Positions 1 through 8,534 of a stretch of 64,000 nt of DNA are shown one piece after another (positions within the stretch are counted from its first letter, which is position 1; the number at the start of each line of letters is the position of its first letter). The position numbers were made by a program, and so were the translations under genes. Source of the DNA: Thermodesulfovibrionales bacterium (lineage in GTDB: Bacteria > Nitrospirota > Thermodesulfovibrionia > Thermodesulfovibrionales > UBA6898); NCBI GenBank assembly GCA_044450345.1, contig JBIOIY010000008.1, positions 8,736 through 72,735 on the forward strand, given 5' to 3'. The notes beneath the pieces are model-generated. The model had not been told where the DNA came from. It made no database searches and saw only the letters and a list, made by a program, of their open reading frames with translations.

Positions 1-182
1 ACATGCTGAAGGTCCTTATTGCGGAGGAGCATTTCACAAAAGGCGTCTCCCTCGATGAAATGGCAAAAAAATTGGGAATTGCGGTCGGTCGTCTTGAAAA
101 GGCAAAGGCAGAGATGATGGAAGACGTCAAAGAAGCCTCGGGCAGGGCCTTTTATAGGGTCCCTGGCCACGGCAACGCATGA
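1..182 (+). CDS. 3' part of hypothetical protein (possible C-terminal HTH-like segment), probably truncated by window edge
   Basis: Frame from nt 3 reads MLKVLIAEEHFTKGVSLDEMAKKLGIAVGRLEKAKAEMMEDVKEASGRAFYRVPGHGNA-stop (TGA 180-182), directly before the next ORF. Confidence 0.6.
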   Translation, partial: MLKVLIAEEHFTKGVSLDEMAKKLGIAVGRLEKAKAEMMEDVKEASGRAFYRVPGHGNA

Positions 183-186
183 TCTG

Positions 187-813
187 GTGGCGGCCAGGAC
201 TGAGGGAATCCCCTTCATAGCAGACACAACTGTTACTCATCCCGCTTCTTCGGCCATTAAATCCGGCACCCTCTCCGGGGATTTCGTGGTCCAGGGAGTC
301 CATTTTAAAAAAGGTTCGGTCCTCGGCTTTGATGAAAAAGGGAAGCTCTGGAGATGCAATATTTCCGAAGACACCGTCATAAACGGATTGCCCTGCAAGT
401 CCAGGAGCGAGGTGGAATTCTTCCCCGAAGGAAACGTTCTTTCCTGCATGCTTTCGGCGGATACGCAGATCGGGGGCATCTCTGCGGCCGCAGGGACCTT
501 GCTCATGTTTCACCGAAATGGCGGCATCTTCAAATGTGATATGGTCCATGACATGGTCATCGACGGGTACCCTGTTCGTTGCGGAGATGTCTGTTTTTTC
601 GATAACGGCCGATTGTCGGCCTTTTATCTCTCTGAAGACCGCGCCATCGAAGGGATATCATGCAAAAAAGGTACGCGCGTCTGGCTCCGGGAAGACAGAC
701 GGCTCTCCGCATGTACCGCCGGCCGGGATGTAATAATACAGGGCGATCTATACAAGGCCGGCGAGCTTATTGTCTTCCGGGAAGACGGCGCTTTGCTTGA
801 CTACCGCTCATGA
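187..813 (+). CDS. 30-aa repeat protein (MORN-variant/YwqK-like beta repeats), 6 repeats
   Basis: Repeating unit D-x-v-I-x-G-x-x-C-K-x-G-x-x-v-x-F-x-x-x-G-x-L-x-x-C; no signal peptide; ATGA overlap with next gene. Confidence 0.8.
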   Translation: MAARTEGIPFIADTTVTHPASSAIKSGTLSGDFVVQGVHFKKGSVLGFDEKGKLWRCNISEDTVINGLPCKSRSEVEFFPEGNVLSCMLSADTQIGGISAAAGTLLMFHRNGGIFKCDMVHDMVIDGYPVRCGDVCFFDNGRLSAFYLSEDRAIEGISCKKGTRVWLREDRRLSACTAGRDVIIQGDLYKAGELIVFREDGALLDYRS

Positions 814-1463
814 CAATGCTTTATTACCCCAACGGCAGTCTGCAGGGAAAACTCCTTGCCTCCGATGAAGAGGTCGGAAAGATACTATGCAGGGCCGGTT
901 CCTGGGTATGGTTTAATAAGGTCGGCGGCGTCTCAAGCCTTGTGCCTGTTTCCGACACAGTGATTGACGGCATCGCCTGCAAGGCAAGCTCAAAGGTCCA
1001 TTTCCACGAAAACGGCAGGCTGTTGAGGTGCAACATGCCGGAAGACGGTATGGTAAAGGGAATCCCGGTGCGGTCCGACACGTTTCTGCTTTTTTTTGAG
1101 AACGGCGCTCTTTCTGCCTGCAGGCTTTCCGAAAATATCCGTTGCCAGGGAATCCCCTGTAAAGAAGGACGTTGGATAGGGTTTTATGATGACGGCTGCC
1201 TGAAAAGATGCTTTCTCGCTGAGGACACGAGGGTCTCGGGCGTTACGCTCAAGCAGGGGGCGTGGGCCTCTTTCCACCGAAACGGCATGCTCGATAACTA
1301 CCGGCTCACCGAAGATGCGTTGATCCAGGGGGTGGAATGTGAAGCAGGGGACATACTCTTATTTGATGAAGAAGGGAAGTTGACGGAAAGAATAAAAAAG
1401 CCTTTTCCGGCAAAGGAAGGTATGAAGAAACCGATTTCGGCGGTGACAAAGCAATCCACGTAG
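810..1463 (+). CDS. 30-aa repeat protein, paralog of 187..813, about 7 repeats
   Basis: Same repeat, e.g. DTVIDGIACKASSKVHFHENGRLLRC and ENIRCQGIPCKEGRWIGFYDDGCLKRC. Confidence 0.8.
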   Translation: MTMLYYPNGSLQGKLLASDEEVGKILCRAGSWVWFNKVGGVSSLVPVSDTVIDGIACKASSKVHFHENGRLLRCNMPEDGMVKGIPVRSDTFLLFFENGALSACRLSENIRCQGIPCKEGRWIGFYDDGCLKRCFLAEDTRVSGVTLKQGAWASFHRNGMLDNYRLTEDALIQGVECEAGDILLFDEEGKLTERIKKPFPAKEGMKKPISAVTKQST

Positions 1464-1541
1464 TAAAGTTGCTCACTCGTGACCTCCCCGACAAGCCTGC
1501 GGATTTTCAAGTGCTGCTCGCTACCTTTTATTTTCATTTAA

Positions 1542-1655
1542 CCCTCACCCCTGCCCTCTCCCACTCTCGGGAGAGGGGGCATAACGATGCCCTGCTTTTA
1601 ATTCCCTCGCCCTCCGGGAGAGGGTTAGGGTGAGGGATTCCAAGACGCCATTAAG
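1542..1655. repeat. BoxC-like palindromic repeat block, copy 1 (overlaps DUF559 3' end)
   Basis: CCCTCACCCCTGCCCTCTCCCACTCTCGGGAGAGGG...TTCCCTCGCCCTCCGGGAGAGGGTTAGGGTGAGGGATTCCAAGACGCCATTAAG; direct-repeat copy at 1951-2136. Confidence 0.85.
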
Positions 1656-1944
1656 ATTCATCAGCACCTCATTATTCCAAAACCTTACCACTTTATAGCC
1701 GCCGGCCCTAAGAAAAGCGTCTCTGTGTTGATCATATTCGACCTGCGCCGAATGATGACCGCCATCGATCTCAACAATCAGCATAGCCTCTTTGCTACAG
1801 AAAGTCCGCAACATATGGGCCTACAGGGACCTGACGCCGGAACTTGTAATTATCCAATCCCCGCGCTCTCAGCCTTCGCCATAATGCCGCTTCCGCATCC
1901 GTCTGGTTCCTGCGAAGTATGCGAGCTTTGGGTGTGTTATCCAT
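1545..1944 (-). pseudogene. DUF559 (Vsr-like) endonuclease domain protein, frameshifted
   Basis: ATG at 1944 gives MDNTPKARILRRNQTDAEAALWRRLRARGLDNYKFRRQVPVGPYVADFL-stop; homology continues in another frame as CSKEAMLIVEIDGGHH...RDAFLRAGGYKVVRFWNNEV; frameshift near 1797-1800. Confidence 0.85.
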
Positions 1945-1950
1945 TAGAAG

Positions 1951-2136
1951 CCCTCACCCCTGCCCTCTCCCAGTCTCGGGAGAGGGAGTATAAACAATGC
2001 CCTGCTCTTAATTTCCCTCGCCTGCCGGGAGACCGCGCTCCCTGTTAATTCCCTCGCCCTCCGCGAGATGTCCTCCTCTAATTTCCCTCGCCCTCCGGGA
2101 GAGGGTTAGGGTGAGGGATTCCAAGACGTCATTAAG
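1951..2136. repeat. BoxC-like palindromic repeat block, copy 2, with three tandem TTCCCTCGCC-type subunits
   Basis: Same ends as 1542-1655; internal unit repeated near 2012, 2049 and 2083. Confidence 0.85.
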
Positions 2137-2312
2137 TGCCTGTTTGTCATCCGGCTTTTATTATATAACCGGGGGATAAAAAATCGGGAGCATAGAGATG
2201 GTAAGTACTCCTTTTGCTAGAATGAAGCTATCCCTTTCGCAGAGGTGCGATATGGCTCAGTTAAATAACCGTGAGGAATACGAGGCGTATCTGCCCGCTA
2301 AATATGCGGTGG

Positions 2313-2356
2313 GGAATGTGACGCAGGGAACATACTCTTAATTGATGAGGAAGGGA
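2313..2356 (+). repeat. Displaced copy of the 3' region of gene 810..1463
   Basis: 40/44 nt identical to 1334-1377 (manual alignment). Confidence 0.75.
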
Positions 2357-2365
2357 GAAGACAGT

Positions 2366-2923
2366 ATGAGAAGGGTGACGGTATTTAATCTCGTGACGCT
2401 TGACGGTTACTTTGCGGGCCGGGACGGAGATATATCCTGGCACAACGTGGATGAGGAGTTTCAGGAATTGGCCGAGGAGGCTTCAAATTCCGGCAATACG
2501 CTCTCATTCGGCCGCGTTACATACGAGCTTATGGCAGGCTACTGGCCCACTCAGGAGGCTATCAAAAAAGATCCCGTTGTGGCCGCCGGAATGAATAAAG
2601 CGGAAAAAATCGTATTCTCCCGCACTCTTGACAAGGTCGATTGGAACAACACGAGGCTTGTGAAGGATGATCTGCTTGCAGAAGTCCGCAAATTGAAGCG
2701 GCAGTCGGGAAAGGACCTGACCGTGCTGGGAAGCGGCAGCATCGTTTCACAATTGGCGCAGGCGGGCCTGATAGATGAATATCAGATACTGCTTAATCCC
2801 GTTGTCATCGGAAAGGGGAAAACTATGTTCGAGGGCATCAAAGAGAAGATCAACCTCAGGCTGACGAAGACGCGGACATTCAAAAGCGGCAACGTCTTGT
2901 TAAGCTACGAACCGATGAAGTAG
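2366..2923 (+). CDS. Dihydrofolate reductase family (RibD C-terminal domain) protein
   Basis: VTLDGYFAG, FGRVTYE, KIVFSRTL, GSGSIVSQL, LIDEYQILLNPVVIGKGK motifs; start moved to MRRVTVF. Confidence 0.9.
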   Translation: MRRVTVFNLVTLDGYFAGRDGDISWHNVDEEFQELAEEASNSGNTLSFGRVTYELMAGYWPTQEAIKKDPVVAAGMNKAEKIVFSRTLDKVDWNNTRLVKDDLLAEVRKLKRQSGKDLTVLGSGSIVSQLAQAGLIDEYQILLNPVVIGKGKTMFEGIKEKINLRLTKTRTFKSGNVLLSYEPMK

Positions 2924-2933
2924 GGGGGGAAAG

Positions 2934-3014
2934 ATAATTCCTGTCAGAGACATAAAAAAGATGCGGGGATTTCTCAAGGGCATCGATACTACCGTTACAA
3001 GGGAAAAACACTAA
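2934..3014 (+). pseudogene. C-terminal fragment of AbrB/MazE-family antitoxin
   Basis: IIPVRDIKKMRGFLKGIDTTVTREKH resembles the C-terminus of AbrB-type antitoxins that precede VapC genes; no start codon, no toxin. Confidence 0.55.
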
Positions 3015-3286
3015 GGTATAAGAGCAGCCTCCGCTCCTTCCTCGCAGTGGTCCGGCCTGAGCCCTGGTTATCAGCCTGCATCAACTTTACCTTAAAGGTT
3101 GGAAAATCCCGAGGGTGTTTCTTTCGGTCATTCTAGCGAAAAAAGATCCGATGACAGATACTCACAGAAACCAAAACTCCAGAGAATACTGACAATTCTG
3201 CGGGTTAGCAGCCGAATTTGTTACAAGGTAGACTCGACGTTCATCCGTGACCACAAGAATAAAGCCCCGGCTCCTTTGCCATCCCT

Positions 3287-4222
3287 CTATTTCTCAGTTC
3301 TGTGTACGTTATCGTGGCATACAGTGCACAAAGTGGTAAGGTTTTCTTCTATATTTTCTCCGCCCTTCACATGATGTTTGATGTGATGCAGTTCCAGATG
3401 TCTTGGATCGGAGGAATTCCATTGCTCATGCGTCCAGCTGCACTTTTGACACTTATACTTATCCCGAACAAGCACAGCGCGTCTCACAGGGTCGGGGATT
3501 TTGCGGTCATGAGCAGGACTTTGCCTAGCTTGTTCAAGAAAGTATACTCCTATCGGCAGATCGGGTCTACCGGTATTACGGGTAACTATCGGCCACCCTT
3601 GCTCTGTCCTTAATTCGCGGACCCTTCGCGCCCACTCCGTCTTGTTGTTTGCCACATACCGGAGTTCCTCCCCGGTAAAGGGACGACCGACATTCGCCAG
3701 CAGAAATTCTTCAATTTTCTTCTGCACGCTTATTTTTTTCTTGCGTATATCGTTAGCAATGCGCCAACGCAGCGCTGCTTCTCGGTCCTGTTCTTCGTCC
3801 AACAGAATGTATTCCTCTGGTTTTAACAAGTCGACAGCCAAATCCCCGGGGGCGATTTCATCTTCATCCAACATTTCATTTAGCGTAACCCCGGAGGCAA
3901 TGGCCCACCCATATTCCTTGCGCAGTTCTCTTATTCGCCTCGGCCAATCCTGAATGCCGGAAACTACCATCACCTCGTCTCCATGAATGACAGTCTTCGG
4001 ATACTTACGAAAGTAGGCAAGAATTCTGGCTAGCGCCGCAGAAGATTCTTCGTGAGGCATAAGTGAACACCCGAGATCACGAATTAAGTGAAAAGCGGGA
4101 ATTAAAGACAATACCCTCTCCCGAAGATCGTGTTTCTTCAACTGATCTTTGAAATTGACAAGGACCTCGATAAGTTGAGTTCTAATTTCTTCGGGTACGG
4201 CCCGGTTCGGTCTTCTCGGCAC
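3287..4222 (-). CDS. HNH endonuclease, putative restriction enzyme with duplicated W-x-RR-x-RELR-x-E-x-GW helical domain
   Basis: C-terminal CQKC...LELHHIKHHVKGGENIEENLTTLCTVCHDNVH; internal repeats WPRRIRELRKEYGW and WARRVRELRTEQGW; GTG start with AAGGA SD. Confidence 0.85.
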   Translation of the reverse strand: MPRRPNRAVPEEIRTQLIEVLVNFKDQLKKHDLRERVLSLIPAFHLIRDLGCSLMPHEESSAALARILAYFRKYPKTVIHGDEVMVVSGIQDWPRRIRELRKEYGWAIASGVTLNEMLDEDEIAPGDLAVDLLKPEEYILLDEEQDREAALRWRIANDIRKKKISVQKKIEEFLLANVGRPFTGEELRYVANNKTEWARRVRELRTEQGWPIVTRNTGRPDLPIGVYFLEQARQSPAHDRKIPDPVRRAVLVRDKYKCQKCSWTHEQWNSSDPRHLELHHIKHHVKGGENIEENLTTLCTVCHDNVHRTEK

Positions 4223-4238
4223 TATTCCTTCTTTCTCA

Positions 4239-4643
4239 TTACTTCATGAAGTCTATAATGTTACCTTTGAGTTTTTCAATATTTTTTGTCTGACATTGCC
4301 AGATTACAAGTACTTGCCATCCCATTTTCTTTAGCTGCTTTGCTGTTCGTTGATCTCGTTCCTTATTCTTTGAAATTTTGCTTATCCAAAACTCTTTGTT
4401 GCTTTCCGGCAGAGCGCCTCTCTTACATGGTTTGTGCCCATGCCAGAAGCACCCATGAACAAAGATAATCTTGTGGTGTCGTGGCAACACAATGTCGGGA
4501 CTGCCGGGCAGATCCTTTCTGTGCAACCGAAACCGGTACCCCATCATGTGGACAAGAGACCGGACAAGTCGTTCGGGAGCCGTATCGGCACCCTTTATGC
4601 GAGACATTATCCAACTGCGCTTGTCTTTCTTAAAGACGTCCAT
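4239..4643 (-). CDS. vsr: Very short patch repair endonuclease
   Basis: MSRIKGADTAPE, DLPGSPDI, FVHGCFWHGH, GWQVLVIWQC. Confidence 0.95.
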   Translation of the reverse strand: MDVFKKDKRSWIMSRIKGADTAPERLVRSLVHMMGYRFRLHRKDLPGSPDIVLPRHHKIIFVHGCFWHGHKPCKRGALPESNKEFWISKISKNKERDQRTAKQLKKMGWQVLVIWQCQTKNIEKLKGNIIDFMK

Positions 4644-5865
4644 GCTTTTGCTTCTTCCCGGAGGTCAAAAGCACATGAACGATATCGGCAATACGAGCCG
4701 CCAACAGCGGAGGCACAGCGTTGCCTATCTGCTTGGCTATCTCTATTTTACTGCCCTTAAAGACAAACGAATCCGGAAAGCTCTGAAGTCTGGCCGCCTC
4801 GCGGTGAGTTATCGGTCTATGCTGCAAGGGGTGAAGGTAACGGCCCTTCTCAGGTTTGAAAAATTCCGTTCTTATCGTAAAAGCTGGTCTATCCCACCAC
4901 AATCGGCCGAAAAGGTCTGTTCCTCCCGATGTCTTTCTTATCCAGCACTCAGGAGTTAGTTTAGGCAGTCGCCTTTGTAAGTCGAACCTGTTCATGCCTT
5001 CCTTTGGAATGGCTTTGTAACGCTTGAGGCTCATCGGCGTCGGTGTTCTTCCGAAGTGAAGATCAAGAGGCGGAGGCACATCCCGAAGTTGCGTGCCCAC
5101 TGGCGGCGGCAGATCGGCAATGGCGTCCCGCACAGTCATCCATCTCTGCGGACCCGGCAAGAAATCTTCATTTCCAGCAAAATTCAGACCGGGCTGAAAG
5201 CCGTTGCCCTTCGGATTGAAATGTGTCCGCCTCGGTGGAAAAACATAGCTGGGATCAGAATTTTTGGCTCCTACTATAACTGCGCGCCAGCGAGTCTGGG
5301 GGACGCCATAGTCTGCAGCGCAAAGTTTGCCGTGCCAAACCTTAAACCCAAGCTCCTCGGCTATCCCTACAATCTCTCCGTGCTCGAAAGTGCCAAGAAG
5401 TTGCGGGACGTTTTCGATAACAAATACGGTCGCTCCCGATCTCTCCACAATCTCAAGAAAAGGTCTCCATAATTGGTTTCTCGGATCGTTCTCCTTCTTC
5501 TTGTTGAGCAGGCTGAAACCCTGGCAGGGCGGCCCACCTATGACTACGTCCGCGCGAGGGATGTTGACTGAGGGGTCCTGCAAAATGTCCACGATATCGC
5601 CGGTCAGGCAATGGTTGCCGAAGTTGGCGTTATAGGTGTCAACACAATATTTGTTAAAGTCGTTGGCCCAGACAGACTTGAAATGATGCCCGAATCGTTC
5701 CGTAAACCCGAGGGTCATACCCCCGGCCCCGCAAAAGAGGTCGATTAACTTGAAGACCGTTCGCGGCTTTGGGAGGGCTTCCTTCACCCTGGCCTTGTAT
5801 ACAGCCTGATCTTCCTTTAGCAGTAGCTTTTCTGTGAATATTTCTGTTGTGTATGACTTGCTCAT
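4630..5865 (-). CDS. dcm: DNA (cytosine-5)-methyltransferase
   Basis: Motifs DLFCGAGG, GGPPCQGFS, ENV, YGVPQTRWR, REAARLQSFPD, QIGNAVPP. Confidence 0.95.
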   Translation of the reverse strand: MSKSYTTEIFTEKLLLKEDQAVYKARVKEALPKPRTVFKLIDLFCGAGGMTLGFTERFGHHFKSVWANDFNKYCVDTYNANFGNHCLTGDIVDILQDPSVNIPRADVVIGGPPCQGFSLLNKKKENDPRNQLWRPFLEIVERSGATVFVIENVPQLLGTFEHGEIVGIAEELGFKVWHGKLCAADYGVPQTRWRAVIVGAKNSDPSYVFPPRRTHFNPKGNGFQPGLNFAGNEDFLPGPQRWMTVRDAIADLPPPVGTQLRDVPPPLDLHFGRTPTPMSLKRYKAIPKEGMNRFDLQRRLPKLTPECWIRKTSGGTDLFGRLWWDRPAFTIRTEFFKPEKGRYLHPLQHRPITHREAARLQSFPDSFVFKGSKIEIAKQIGNAVPPLLAARIADIVHVLLTSGKKQKHGRL

Positions 5866-6134
5866 AGTTTTCTTTGACTATCCGGCACTTATTAATCTAC
5901 AACATTCTTTAGGTTTATATAAATCGGGATGGGTCCCAGGGAATATCAAGAAGGAATTTAATATATAGAGCTACTCTGTGGTAACTTTCTGCGTAGTATG
6001 TCAGCGCTACCCAAATAGAAGATTGATAGATCAGAAAGTTGGACGTACTACCCAATTCAAAAAAAACTTGAATCCTGGTCTCCTCCACATCAATATACTC
6101 TTGCAAACGGCTAATTTCCACCGTATTCATATAT

Positions 6135-8078
6135 TTATCTATTAAAGCTGAACGCCAAGACGTAATTCCCTTCCGGAAATCTTAATTGCGGCCACCAGAC
6201 TGCAACTTTGCTACCCGCTGCTTCCTGCCTATAAATAAACAGAGTTGGCGCGTTTTCCGCGGCCAATTTATCTTCGCCCCCGGTCAAAATACCTTGCGTT
6301 TCCCGTCTGGGTTCTTGAGCTTTTCTTCCCCGTCTGACCACAATATAAGCCCTGTTACTATGCTGGATAGCCTTGATCGTCTCCAAGGCTGTCTTAATGG
6401 TTTTCTTATTCCAAAGCTCTACTCCATACGACGGATCAGGTTCGCATTTCTCCAGTAATTCAATTAAGAAATCAATGGTCGTTACTTCCCCCCCAGAGAC
6501 CCCATCATATTGGGTTAATTTTTCATCCAGCCACCCTGTATTCTTCAACATTTCTGCAGTCCGTAAGGGATAAGACGGGTTGTAACTGCGTCCGGCAACG
6601 TAAATGCCAATGGAGTTAGGGTCCAGCACGTTCTTTCGGGTGGCTTGCATCGGGGCCGATATATATATGCCTTCAAAGTTGCCTGTTGGGTATCTTTGGA
6701 CTAAGTCACGCAACGCACTCTCCATCTGGTGAATCAGCCTAAAATGGTCGGCCAGTCGCTCCGGTAGAAATAGTCTAGTGATGCCAAGATCTTTTTTCCG
6801 GTAGCCGTACATCCGCGCATGCTGCAAAACAGTATCGGCATTCGGCTGCTTAGGGTTCCGTCCATAGTAACTGACAAGCAGATTTTTGATTGTTACGCCT
6901 CTGCCAAGCTTATTCCCGCCGATAAATATATTATATGCCGCATCCAGCTTTATCTCTTCATTTGATGACGCATTTACGAGTCTGATATTGGCACCGCGAA
7001 TGTAAAATGCAATTTGCTCGACTATTTGATCAAATTGAGGCAAATCACGTTCAGTCTTCGAAAGCTCCTCATAAGCTTGCTTCAGGTCTTTAATAAGCTT
7101 GACGTATTGCTGGGAGGTCTTATTTTGTAATGTCTTTGCCGTGACTTCCTTAAAGCGATCTATCAGCGCAACAATATGCTCGTGATCTTTAGTATTCATG
7201 CTCACATGACAAAGAAAAGCATAGCTGTGATCAGCTGCCTGAATAATTCGGGACGTGGCCGCAATCAAGAAAGTATAGAGCGCCCTTCGCAATCCGGCGG
7301 GCACGGTTCCTGTCGGTGATGGTTGATTTGTCGCCCTTAGCAATTCGACTTCTTCCAACTCAACGTATTCTATCAACGGGCTGTCCGGTTCGAAAAATGC
7401 CTCGCCGCCGACATAACCCAGGCCGGGTTCGCTCAGCACCGTAAATGACGGTCTATACCGATTGTCGGGGCGCTGAAGAAATAACGCCTGCGGTGTGGCA
7501 GTAACTTGCAAATACGTATTCATCGGGAAATAATTGCGGAATTCAGTAATAACTTCATTTATCCTACTGAGTCGGTCGCCCCCTTTGCTGGTCTTGGTAT
7601 TGAGACTGGCCTGATCCGCCTCATCATCAACAATCAAAGTTGACAGTCCCTTGGCACGTGCAGTTTTAAAGGCATTGAGCAGACTATGCAGAACACGTCC
7701 GTTTTTTGAGCATACGACAACAAAGGGTGTCGTTCGCAATTGCCTTTCAAACCGACTTGCATCTTTCCAGTCCTTTTTGCCGAGAACGCTGAGCCCCCGG
7801 AGCGCTCTGCGTACCCTCTCCAATGTTTGCTCATACAAAAGATCTATGTCTGAAGTAAGAATTACTACGCATTGGAATCCGTTGTCAACCGCGACTGCCG
7901 TTGCTACTGTGATTATGCTGGTCTTCCCGCTTTGTATGAGTCCATACAAGAGGCCGTCACTCGGCTGATCCGGCGGTCCAGCGATTGGGTCCACAGAGCG
8001 CGTAACAACCTGTACGGCTTTTTCCAGAATAGCCTCTAATGAGTCACGCGATAATTCGGCCCCTAATATTTTCAACAC
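6135..8078 (-). CDS. Z1 domain-containing SF2 helicase-like protein
   Basis: GLIQSGKT, IVDDEADQAS, VTATPQA, IGGNKLGRGVTIKNL, DTVLQHARMYGYR. Confidence 0.85.
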   Translation of the reverse strand: MLKILGAELSRDSLEAILEKAVQVVTRSVDPIAGPPDQPSDGLLYGLIQSGKTSIITVATAVAVDNGFQCVVILTSDIDLLYEQTLERVRRALRGLSVLGKKDWKDASRFERQLRTTPFVVVCSKNGRVLHSLLNAFKTARAKGLSTLIVDDEADQASLNTKTSKGGDRLSRINEVITEFRNYFPMNTYLQVTATPQALFLQRPDNRYRPSFTVLSEPGLGYVGGEAFFEPDSPLIEYVELEEVELLRATNQPSPTGTVPAGLRRALYTFLIAATSRIIQAADHSYAFLCHVSMNTKDHEHIVALIDRFKEVTAKTLQNKTSQQYVKLIKDLKQAYEELSKTERDLPQFDQIVEQIAFYIRGANIRLVNASSNEEIKLDAAYNIFIGGNKLGRGVTIKNLLVSYYGRNPKQPNADTVLQHARMYGYRKKDLGITRLFLPERLADHFRLIHQMESALRDLVQRYPTGNFEGIYISAPMQATRKNVLDPNSIGIYVAGRSYNPSYPLRTAEMLKNTGWLDEKLTQYDGVSGGEVTTIDFLIELLEKCEPDPSYGVELWNKKTIKTALETIKAIQHSNRAYIVVRRGRKAQEPRRETQGILTGGEDKLAAENAPTLFIYRQEAAGSKVAVWWPQLRFPEGNYVLAFSFNR

Positions 8079-8087
8079 TTCACATGA

Positions 8088-8534
8088 TCAAGCCCTCCTA
8101 CATTTAATTTTGGATACCGGCTCAAAAACAATCGAAGGCCATCGTTGCAAGGCAATCTTTTTTTCAAGCAATCCTTTCGGTCCCGCAACGCCGTATTGCT
8201 CTTTAAAATTTCGCCTAACAGCTATCCACTCAGGATTGTCCCCCATTATGTCGTGTAATTCTTCTGTATGTATAGCACACACGCCGTCGCCACCACAGAC
8301 CAATGCGATTACAATCTTAGCGTTTTCCTTACAGAACGTTTCTATGCTGATCATTTCATCGAGAGTAAAACTAAATCTCCAAGGGGTTCTGTTTTTCGTC
8401 GAATATTTTAACAGCACGACCATATCATCATTGATTATATATCCCAATGCGTGTTTCTTAATCGACACAAATCGAGCATCTTCAAGTACTCGAATCAAAG
8501 CTGCTCCGTGATAATATTCTTGTTTATCAATCAT
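8088..8534 (-). CDS. Hypothetical protein (possible small restriction-endonuclease-fold protein)
   Basis: 148 aa; ATGA overlap with TM0106 gene and 9 nt gap to Z1 gene; YYHGAAL, LKYSTK...WRFSF, ALVCGGDGVC. Confidence 0.7.
   Translation of the reverse strand: MIDKQEYYHGAALIRVLEDARFVSIKKHALGYIINDDMVVLLKYSTKNRTPWRFSFTLDEMISIETFCKENAKIVIALVCGGDGVCAIHTEELHDIMGDNPEWIAVRRNFKEQYGVAGPKGLLEKKIALQRWPSIVFEPVSKIKCRRA

Noticed and set aside
1797..1800. Programmed frameshift or stop readthrough in DUF559
   Set aside because: No slippery heptamer, and readthrough of TAG would stay in the wrong frame; a simple indel or sequencing error is more likely.
5915..6130. 71-aa ORF after Z1 gene as a system component
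   Set aside because: Starts 4 nt after the Z1 stop but has no recognisable motif; may be a truncated stub, so not called.
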